The position numbers and the translations under genes were made by a program. Shown piece after piece: positions 12,401 through 22,600 of a DNA stretch of 64,000 nucleotides (within the stretch, counting starts at the first letter, position 1; each line of letters opens with the position of its first letter). The stretch comes from Bigelowiella natans CCMP2755 (Eukaryota > Protista > Cercozoa). The notes below the pieces were generated by a model that was not told where the DNA came from, did no database searches, and saw only the letters and a program-made list of their open reading frames with translations. The stretch is from contig ADNK01001596.1 of assembly GCA_000320545.1 (NCBI GenBank), forward strand, positions 1 to 64,000, in the 5' to 3' direction.

Positions 12401-14945
12401 GGGGGTCATCCGAAAAAATGGCAAACATTGCCCAGACCCGAAGAGGATGCATCCCCTGGATGCTCTCCAACCACCTGAAAAAGGAGCACGATTCCTCAAG
12501 TCAGTGCAACGCATCGTGGGGTCATTCACTTGTTGTTCACGATGTGTCAAAGACTTCTGGAATGTCATTCGACCTGTCAGCATCCTGAATTCAAAAAACG
12601 CTCCACAAGTCTGGGGAAAAGAACAACAGATGGCTTTGGATGCAGCGAGGGATGTGCTGAAGTCTTCGTCTTTGTTCACACCTGAATTTGAACACATCAC
12701 CCGTGAAAGTCCATTCCTTGTGGATGTGGATGCGTCCAAGTGTGCTGGGGGAGCTGCTCTGTCTCAAGCAGTTGATGGGGTGGAGCGCCTTGCGTGTTGC
12801 TTCAGCTTCACCTGGCGGAAACATCAGATGAAATGGCACGCAATGAGAAAAGAATTTGACAACGGTGCTCGGAGTCTGGACTGCTTCAGTGTCTTCATGA
12901 AGGGATTTCCAACGCGCGCAAGAATGGATGCAAAGGTTGCCATGCACATGGCAGCACATGGACAAGATCAATCACGCGAACCGCACACGAGAATCTCTGT
13001 GGCTCACAACTCGCACATGCTCGTGGGGGTTGAGTGTGGAGAGGGCCCGAGCCACAAGAATGCGGATTGCATCAGCAGGCCTGGACACAGTGTTGAAAAT
13101 GATGCGGATGAAGAAACACTGGTCAATCTCTTTCCTCTCCATCATGCTTCGGCAATGCTCAAACACTTTGGTGACAAATTGCAGAACAACACCTGCTTGA
13201 GCTGTGACCAACCGGCAGTTGGATGTCATCCCACGGATGCAGAGGTCAAACTCACTTGCTCACAACTGTGTTGTGATTTGGCGAAGAAGGTGGGATTTGA
13301 CGAGTCCAAGTTTCGCATCCCATCCAAAGGGACAAACACGAAAAGCAAATCAAACCAGAGCAAGCTTGCTCCCAAAATCAATGTTGCGCGCTTCGACGGG
13401 GACTCAATGTTGCACCCGTGCTCTGCGTTGGCGCATGAAGCAGACGAGCATGTGGAAAATTGCAACACAATGGAATGCAAAACAGAGTTCTCACCTTTGC
13501 AGTCGCACAGTGTGGAGGTGGAGCTCAAGTGCGACGTCTTGTCTGAGCGCCTACCTGTGGAACAACGAGAAGAATTCACCAAAACGTTCGCAGCTCTGGA
13601 AAACAAAGACAATCCAAATCATGCTCTTGCTGCGGCACAACATGAAATTGTGGATGACACCTTGCACAAGTGCGGCGACTGTGAAAACGACGATCATGGC
13701 ATCCCTTTGCTCATTGTGGTTCCCAAACAACAGCGGAACAAAATCATGGACGCCTGCCACGTGACGAATTTGGCCAATCACAGATGTGCAAACGATGTGG
13801 CAACAAAGATCCTGCAAGCATGTTGCTGGAAAGGCTTGACGTGTTCGTGCAAAAAACGTGTTGCAACCTGCCAGGCATGCATCAGAACAAAACCTCGTGT
13901 GAAGCAATCACCTCACAAGCAGCTGCAGATGAGAGGAGTCATGGAAGCTGTTTCGATTGATGCCATTGGACGCATGGAAGGAAAGCATCACCACATGCTG
14001 AATGCGTGCATCTCATCGATCGGTTGCATTTTTGCAAAATGCCACAAGAAGCTTGACGCTGAAGTTGTGGCCGAGTTTCTTTTCGACTTCATTGTCGTGT
14101 TTGGGGCACCTCGTGAAATCCTTGCTGACCAGGGACCTGAATTCATGAACAGCGTCATGCTTCACTTGAAGAACAGATTCGGTTTCATGAAACTCACTGC
14201 ATCGAGTGAATCCAAAACGGGCAACTCACTGATTGAAAGAAAGAACAGAGCACTTGACAACGGAACATTGGCACAGCTCACACAACTGTCTGAATCAAGA
14301 TGCAATTGGCACAAAGAATCACCTTGTGCTGTCTTCTCAGCCAACACTTTGTCACCTGATGCGCGAGGAAACTCGTGCGCTGAGCTCCTGTTCGGGTTTC
14401 AACCCAAGTTGGAAGGAGACTTGAACTGCAAACGTGCACCTGTGAGAGAGGAGAAAGTTGCAGACGACATTGACTCTCGCATTCAAGTCATGAAGAGGAT
14501 GAGATGTTTGTTCATGACGGACAGATCCGAATGGAGATTCCTGAAAAATTTCAAACGCAATGACAAGATGGGGCAACTGAAACGACACAAAGTTGGGGAT
14601 CTCGTGTGGTCACATCGTGACGAGGACCGCAAAGGGCATCGTGTTGCTCCGCATTTCGCGCTGAAAAAGACAGGCCCGGTCCTGATCACAGCTGGCATCA
14701 GAGATTCAAACAATTGCTGTGTCCATTGCAACACTCACAGAGTGAAAGATCCTGAAACAAGTCATCGGAACGTGGTTCATGCAAAGTGTTTGTCTCCCTT
14801 TGGCACCTTCACAGCATTGCCAGAAGTTGCAGTGCCACCACAGGATGAAGTGTCTTCATCTGAGAGTGATCCAGATCTGTCCAATCTCCATCAGGGGATG
14901 AGGGAGAAGAAGATGATGCTGACATCAGTGCACGCAACATTCTGA
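9353..14945 (+). pseudogene. gag-pol of element A in three frames (9353-10372, 10288-11910, 11877-14945)
   Basis: CCCH fingers, protease ALLDDGS, RT LPFGHKNAP and RVDD (ex YVDD), RNase H DAS, integrase zinc finger and IDA...ADQGPEF...E with D-35-E spacing. No Tyr seen in any of the three ORFs. Confidence 0.9.
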
Positions 14946-15113
14946 TGTCTGCTCGTGTGCGCAAGGCACCTGATCCTGGAGCCTTTGTGTCGCATTGAAC
15001 TTGTGATTGAAGTCGAAGTTTCCAAGTGTTCCGTCAAGTTTGTGCAAGTGCACAAAGATTGCAACGTGGAGTCAGTTTTGCGACGTCCGCAAATTGAAAA
15101 AAGGGGGGAATGA

Positions 15114-15538
15114 TGCAACGGCGGAAAATTCAAAGGAATTTGACCGTTGAAAGTGGTCAATTTTGGAAGTCAATCCCGTTGAAATGCCCTGCAGTTTTGG
15201 CAGTTTTGGGTGGAGTTGGTGCTGTTGGTTGGTTGATTGGCAAATTGAGTCATCAAATGGGAAGCAAGTGGTTTGGGAAAAACCAAGTTTGTGTGCACGC
15301 AGCTGCCTCGATTGGTCAATGGCAGCGAACCCGCACCTGGCAGTCAGTTCGCTAGAAGTTTGAAAGCGGTCAGTGTGTTTGTTTGAGCGTGCACATGCGT
15401 GTGTTCTGAAGTCACCAATGTCATCAGGGTTCATTGTTCATTGGAAAGTTTGATTGTTTTTGCTGAGTGAGCGGCGACGAGCGTGCTGGTTTGGCAGAGG
15501 CAGAAGCCGACACTGGGAGATTGCTTTCAGCTGTCGCA
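15114..15538 (+). repeat. 3' LTR of element A
   Basis: Preceded by a purine tract and followed by TSD ACAGG. Confidence 0.95.
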
Positions 15539-16796
15539 ACAGGTGCATGTGAAGTGCGTGATGTGCACACGTCGTGGACGTCTGCACGTGCATGGACATG
15601 CATGTCCCCAGCACATGGACACAACAGTGATTGGCTAGTTGGGCAGACCAGCAGACACCCAGACCCATCGTCTAGCTGGAGACGTTGTTGTTGCATGCAC
15701 TGCAACTCTGGACTGGCAGGGCTTGCTTCAATGACAGTGCTAGCCAGCTAGCACAGTGCTCTGGAGCTCCAGAGTTTCTTGCGCGTCAGAACTGGACAGC
15801 GCCAGAGCGTCACCGCGTCCACAGGAGTCACCGCGTTGCCGCACCACGCACCACCATCCACCCAGCCATCCATGCCAGACATTCTGCTGGTCTGGTCCAG
15901 TGGTGCTGGAGTGTGCTGGTGTGATTTGAAGTGCATGCCAGCACGTGAGATGCGGCGCCACGTGTGATGTGCGTCCAGGCTAGTGGGTGCTGGCGATCCA
16001 GCTAGCATGTCAGCAGCGGTGGTCATCTAGTCGTCTCTGGACCCAGTCACGTGATGGACTGGCACGATCTAGCGATGCCTGCGCTTGCGCCACGGTGAAA
16101 CCTCAAACCTTAGCTAGCTTTGCTTGATGGGCTTGTGCCACGTTTCAATGAATCACGTTGAGCACGTGCGCGCATGCATTCAGACGAAACGTGATGCCCA
16201 ACACAGATGCGTGTGATGCATGGGACAATGCATTCGATGATGACAGCCTGCGGTGCCATGTTGAATGTGATGGCAACAGCATGTGCACGTGTGGCAGCAG
16301 CAAGCAAAGCAATGTGGTCAATCAACAATTTGAGCAAGACCAGAAGAGACAAAGTGCACACTTGCAAGTGTGTGCGTGTCCCTGACTTTGCATGCACGAT
16401 CAAAACATCAATTGAAGCCGAACCAAATCCAAAATGTCAAATTCCATCGCGCAAACCGAGAAACAAGGCGATGAAAGTCCACACTTGTCTGATGAGCGAA
16501 GTCACAGATGGTTGTGCTCGCGACCATGTTTCCCACCATGTTTCCAGACAGAACCTGATGTGTGCACGAAGCAGTCCACACAGCGATGCGAAGACATTCC
16601 CTGTGTTGACATCCAAAAATCCCACCAACCATGCGCCAACAAAATTTGACAATGGTTCAAATTCGAATCCCATGCGGGTGCACACAGGGCAAGCACGGCT
16701 GCTGCATCTAGCGTGCATTGTTGTTTGCATGAATGCATCTTGATGCACAAAGCGGACAAATCGTGTACACAATCCAATGTGGCTTTCATGATGTTA

Positions 16797-18362
16797 TTAC
16801 TCGTCGATGGCTTCGATGAAATCCCTCAAAACTTGGCATTTGTCCAAACACTTGGTGAAGCATGATTCGCATTTTGTATTCAAGCAATCACAATCTTCTA
16901 GTAAACATTTTTTGCAGCCGGGCTCATTGATGGATTTTGAGTTAGGTCGGAAGTGATATCTCATTAGCTTTTTGAAGTTTGCCGCAAAATGTGCGCCGAA
17001 GACCCGTTGAAACGGGGACTTTGAAACTTTTTTCCACTTCCTCTTGTCTCCCTTCCCAACCAAAAGCTTGTAATGTAGGTGACCTTTCCTGTAATATAGT
17101 TTATGCCCAGGAAGAATCTCCCCACCCATTCCATATGTATCCATTTTCCAATCTTTTGCTCCGGGTTTGCTCATATTCCAGAGTTCGTAAATTCCTTCAC
17201 GATCACCCATAATGTACTCTGATACCCTTCCATCTGGCATTTCAAGACATGAATTATGTACTGGAAACGAGGTGTTCAAGGACGCTTCAGGTGGGGCACG
17301 AATCCAGTCCTTAGCGCATAAACCATTAGACTGTAATCCAAGAGGCCTGGTATGCTCGTTTGCCCAACATTCAAACTCTTCAGGCTTTGTGCCTTCATAT
17401 GTGTATGAAATCAATGCATGTATGTCACTATACCAGTACTGAAGCCCCTCTAACACATATCTAGTAAGATCGGCAGCCGAACGATGGGTGAAAAGCGAGT
17501 AGATCCCATTGCACACCGGATGGTAGCAGCAGATTGCAATCTCGGCATCGTCTCCAAATCTGTCAAAATATCTTGTTGAATCTGTCCATGCCATCATATC
17601 ATGATCAAGAAGATTGAAGCGCGCCGGCCATTCGATGTCAGGGTCGCCGACTATCAGCCATCGCATCATCGCGGACTGCCACAACCAGCCACTTCTTTTC
17701 ACATAGCTATCAGGCTTAGCGTTTGGCATCATGCGACAATACAGATTGCCAATTTTCTGAAACCCAAGATCCACATATTCGACAAAATGCTTCGAAGCAA
17801 ACGCCTTGCAGCTGCCTCCGGCCTCATAGAGGTACACCACCGGGTTAAATTGTTTTGCTTGAAGCATTGCAATTTTTAGGTGCTCTGGGCATATTTTTGG
17901 AGAAGCCAGTGCTTTTTCACACAATGTGATATTGAGAATAGCAGTCGTATAATTGCAGTAGGAATGGGAGCAACGCTGAATGTTGAGGAATGCAGGTGGA
18001 GTGTGCTTTACCCCGTACATTCTGATCAAATTCAATGCTGATTGTTAGATCTAAAACCATTAGAACATGAACCCTGACTGTGACGAAAACTCAGGCAAAA
18101 TCTTGAAATGTAATCATCATGCATATACATATATACATCGCACGTAGATTTCACTCGAAGATAACAGAATCGATGCATTGAAGGTGGAGACAAACCTAAT
18201 TTCTGAAGTGATCGCCCCCTCCTTCGGGCCATCTTTCGTTGTTATCGTGCGCACGGGGACTGTTTCTTCCTCATGCACCCCACAGTCGAAGTAGTTGAAT
18301 CCTGTGAGACAAATGACTGTGGCTGCCAATGCAACTGCAGCCAAAAAAATGTCTTTTCGCAT
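16797..18362 (-). CDS. Type II membrane protein, probable GT-A fold glycosyltransferase-like
   Basis: N-terminal anchor MRKDIFLAAVALAATVICLTGF (ATG at 18362), a probable short intron, then a 412-aa ORF with MMRWLIV...LLDHDMM (DxD motif) and a Cys-rich tail. Normal Tyr and TA content. Confidence 0.6.
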
Positions 18363-19248
18363 ATTTCTACGAGTTTCGGAGCCTGTGAGCACAGCCAGAC
18401 ACAATTATGTTGCAGGCCGGTGTGTGGGGCGGGCAAACGATGTCTCTCCACTATGACCCGCAACTTGTGTGAATTTGTGTGAGGTACGAGTCACGTCATT
18501 TTCCTTACAACTGCAACTTCGAACGACTGCGAAAAATTAACTTCAAAAAATGATGACAATTATGCACAAACGTCAGATGAAACAATGAAAAAAAATTGCA
18601 AACGGACTGCATTTGAAAGCAAGTGCAGAGGGAGTTCCCACTAGATCTACTCCCTCGGTTGCCCATTCGCTACCGCAGCCCTTAATCCTATGGGAAGTTA
18701 CACACTTCCGATTAATGTTGGCACGCGCCAACGCGCCCATGCATGTGCGACATCAATTTTTAATTGTCGCATGCAGGACATAGACTAGGATAGCATCAAT
18801 GATACACTATGAATCCTATGCCGGTACAATGTAGTCTAGTCCAATTAATCGTCCGATGGGATTTATTTGTCCGATGGGACGACAACCTCAATTTCACCTC
18901 AACGACTCCGAAGAGTTCGTTGTTCTGAGCTTGTTTTGTCAGTTACCATCACTTGATTTTCACCTCAAAATGCAGGTCAAATTGTGGTGAAAGACATCTT
19001 TTGTGTGCACAAATTCAATTTTTTACGGTTAAAAAATTTGAATTTTAACAACGCTCCCCCCTCACCACCTTTTTCATCATGCGAAAAAGCCACCGTGTGG
19101 GGCGATCACGGGGCAGCGTGAACAAAGAAAAGCACGCACACGACTTGTTAGTCCTTGAGGAGTCGTGTGGGAAGATGAGGGATGGTCTGGCGGGTCTGAG
19201 TCAAATGTTCAAAAATGAACGCAAGGCGTTGAAATGCGTCCGTGTGCG

Positions 19249-19574
19249 TGTTGCGCGTAAGGTGTTCACAGGCCGAGGCGCTACGTGCACAAGTAGGCAG
19301 GGGGGGGGAAAGGCACGTTTGCTTCCTTTTGAAGAGTTGTGTTTATTTTTATTAAAGATTATATTTTTATTAAATCGTGCACTGCGTAATCATTCGCGAA
19401 GCTTTCGCGAATGCCGCCGCACGTGGGGCAGCACACTTCCGGTGTGCTGCCATGAGTCCCGCCGGAACCCACGTGCCTATGCTGTATTAATATCTACGTT
19501 ATCTATATTCTATATCCGCGACAACCCCTTTGTTGTCGCACGTGACTTGTGCCCGCGTAGTGGTACGCGCTACA
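19249..19574 (-). repeat. 3' LTR of element C
   Basis: Identical by eye to 24639-24964, with near-inverted termini TGTTGCGCGTA...TACGCGCTACA. Confidence 0.96.
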
Positions 19575-19625
19575 CCTCCCCCAAGTCACGTTGCTCCTTC
19601 CTTCCTTCCTTATTCCCTTAGACCT

Positions 19626-22600
19626 TCATCGCTTTCGGAACTTCACCAACCACCAGGTAATAGATTCCTCTCTAACCTTATCTCCTTTGTCGCTTACCCA
19701 GAACTCACCTTCGTCCTTAGGTTCGTGTCCATACCAGCCCTCTGCATCAAGGTCCCCCAGGACCTTATACCAGTGCTCAAAGGGTAAGTCGGGAACAGCT
19801 AGGTAGAGTAGCTGATATTTTCCGTCCTTTATTTTCATAGCTACCCTCTCCATATTTCGTAATCCAGGGTAGCCTAGATAGACAATCTTCATGCGCCAAT
19901 CGTCGTTCACCCTGACCTTATTGTTTCCATATTCCACATCGAACTTAGGTCGGGGTCCTAAACAAGGCATTGCTCGCTCCCACACAGTAGGGTTTACTTT
20001 AACATCCTCTAGGAGCTTCTCACCGATATCATAATTCTTTAGGTGACTGATGTGGCGCAAGGTGACCCTGTTCCCATCATAGATGTAGTACTGCTTCCTC
20101 CCCTTCCTCTCGGTAACCTTTGCAACGCCACCCCAGAAGGGGTCTTGTTTATTTCTCGATCTCAGATTTACCTTGGCCCTAACATACTGTCCTTCCTTTA
20201 GAACTCGGCCATCGTACGGGACCTTCTCGTCTTCGCTCTCGGTATCGTCGTCGTTGTCGTCGCCTTCTTCCCTCTCCTTATCCTTGATACCTCCCCCAGA
20301 CGTGAAGGTGTCGTTTACTAACCCTTGTATCTTGTCTGGTGTGGTGCTATTTATCCTGCTTAGGTTGGCCAAGGTGCGGTGGAGTCGCTCTACCTTGGAG
20401 TTGGACTGGGCATAGTATACAGGTGAGGCATCAATATTAGGGTGTGGTAGCTGTAGAAGAGAGGTCTCATTATCCACATGTAACTTCTTTGGTATCTTGT
20501 TTATGCTAACTTCATCAGGGATAGCCTGGAGCTCAGACTCCCAGGTACGGTAGCAGTTAGTAAGCCTCTGCTTATATAAGCCTTTGTTCTTCTTAGCAAC
20601 GTTGACCTTGATAATCTTTTTAACCCAGCACTTTCCAGTGGCCACATCAACGAAGGTAAGGTAGTGATAGCCATCGTACTTATAAACATCAATTTGCACG
20701 ATATCTAAGAAGTTCCTTGCTTTGATTTTCTTAGATGCACGGCTCTTGCTGGACTCCTTGGTGGCGACGCCTGCCGCCTTCAAGCTGGAGCACCTGCAGC
20801 CACGCAGGTATGTCCTTATCTCTTTTAGCTTGTAGGGCCAGTAGTAATGGTAGAGTAGAGCAGTGATATGGTTTTCTCCTACGTGTGCAGGTCCATGGGC
20901 GGTAAAGAGAAGGGCTCCCCTGGTCCGCCGTGGCACGTAGGTACGCCTAACATTATTAGTGTATACATATATCCTATCACTAAGTACCTCATGCTTGTGT
21001 TTGTATTTATCCAGGTGTTCTTGAAGGTGCTGGAGCTCCTCTGGCTCAGGCAGGAAGTCGCCGTCCTCGAAGGTAATCGCGTTAACCATAGGGGTGACCT
21101 GGGTAGGGACTTTCTTTTCGAACAGCCTGCTGAAATAGTCAGCAAGCTGCTTGTCTCCTGGTGCGTAGACCACTGTCCTCTTGTCCCTAAACTCTTCCGT
21201 GTCCGCCCTCATAGCTGCATACTCATCGTTAGGCGCTTCGAGCTTGCGGTCGATGCCTAGGAGGGGCTTGTGGTCAGTCATTAAGGTGAAGCTGGGCACC
21301 GACAGCAGGTAGTATCTTAGTTTCCTCTGCGCCTCAGTCATGGCTTTATACTCTCCTTTTGTAGGGCTGTACTTGGCCTCAGCTGCTGTGCAGGCCCTGC
21401 CCCACACCCGTATGATCTGCTGGTCTTGGGTAAGTACAGCAGCCATACCTAGCTTAGACCAGTCTGTCCATAGGGTAGCTGGTCTAGTAGTGTCTAGCTT
21501 AGCATTCAATAGGGTGTTGCTGCATAACTTTATTAGGTTATCGAAGTGGGCATCAAGGCCAGCCTTGGCCCACACCTTAGCGAAGCTGAGGCCTACAGAG
21601 TTCTCCTTCCGGTAAGCAGTAGTAAAAGCAGCTGCAGTCCTAGCGTAGGTAGGGGAGAACCTACGTAGTATCCAAGCTGCAGTCTGCAAGAATGACTTTA
21701 ACTCCTTTGCATTCTTAGGTTTAGGGGCTTGCTGTAGTGCTGCTACTTTCTCGGGGTTTGGGGTGATGCGGCCTTGCTCCAGGTAATATCCACACCACTT
21801 GATTCTTGTAGCTAGGAATGTACACTTCTGCAGTCTAATAGTAAAACCGAAGTGTGCAAACCTAATAAATATATTTTCCAGGAGGAAGATCTGAGCGACG
21901 ACTGTGTTGGTACATATTATGTCATCATCCACATACACAAACACAAACACCCACAACACAGACGCCATCCCATCATGTGTGTATGCCCTGTAGTTCTGAC
22001 TACTGAACGCATCCCCTGATATGCTTAGGCCGTAAGGGAATACGACGAAGTGCCACTTCCTGTGCCTGCTGGAGAACGCGGTAATGGGGCGGGAGGTTTT
22101 GTGGATGGGTGTCTGCATGTATGATTCATTTTTATCTAGGGAAGAGTAGTATTTGTATCCTATGACGTGTTCAATAACGTCATCTATCCTTGGTGTAGGT
22201 GTCTGGATCCTCTTTATTACTCGGTTGTGGCGGATGAAGTTGTGCGCCAGGCGGAAGAAAGGGTAAGTAGGTTTCTTAGCTAGCACATGTCTCACGTTCC
22301 ATGGTGAGTTGCTTGGCTCTATCTTCCCTTCCTTTGCCCATTCATTGATCTGCCACTCTATCTTTTCCCAGTCCGCTTCCGGTCGCCTATGTTCTGGGTC
22401 ATTGATGATGCACTCTTCGTATCCCTTCTTTAGCTCGATCTTTACTGGGGTAAGCTTGCTGGAGGGCTTCGTCGTCGGCTTGGTGATGTCAGAGTACTTC
22501 TCGTTTAATATTTTATTAATGTACTTTTTGCCTTTGTCGATATCCCAATCATCAGCTGGGGGGGTCTTGTCCAGTAGCTCCGTTATCTGTCGGATGGTCT

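Larger units (their letters stand above)
9000..15538 (+). mobile_element. Ty3/Gypsy LTR retrotransposon A, full length, TpA-hypermutated
   Basis: 425-bp LTRs (TG...CA), 5-bp TSD ACAGG (8995-8999 and 15539-15543), PBS-like TGGCAGCGGCG at 9427-9437, PPT at 15096-15110, domain order PR-RT-RH-IN. Confidence 0.95.
7600..16760. other. TpA-depleted hypermutated domain 1
   Basis: TA dinucleotides are almost absent except in CTAG, with excess TG/CA. ORFs lack Tyr and are rich in Cys/His. The left edge is gradual (about 7250-7600) and the right edge is sharp. Confidence 0.92.

Noticed and set aside
9353-14945. Alternative genetic code explaining the lack of Tyr
   Set aside because: TA is missing in all frames and in non-coding LTRs and flanks, while adjacent genes and element C use Tyr normally.
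8545-16790. Many overlapping ORFs in all six frames as real genes (also 28700-37000)
   Set aside because: Expected side effect of TA loss, which removes TAA and TAG stops. Only frames with TE or domain motifs were accepted.
19079-19621. ORFs 19079-19621 and 24622-26019 as paralogous genes
   Set aside because: The shared peptide is just antisense translation of the two C LTRs.
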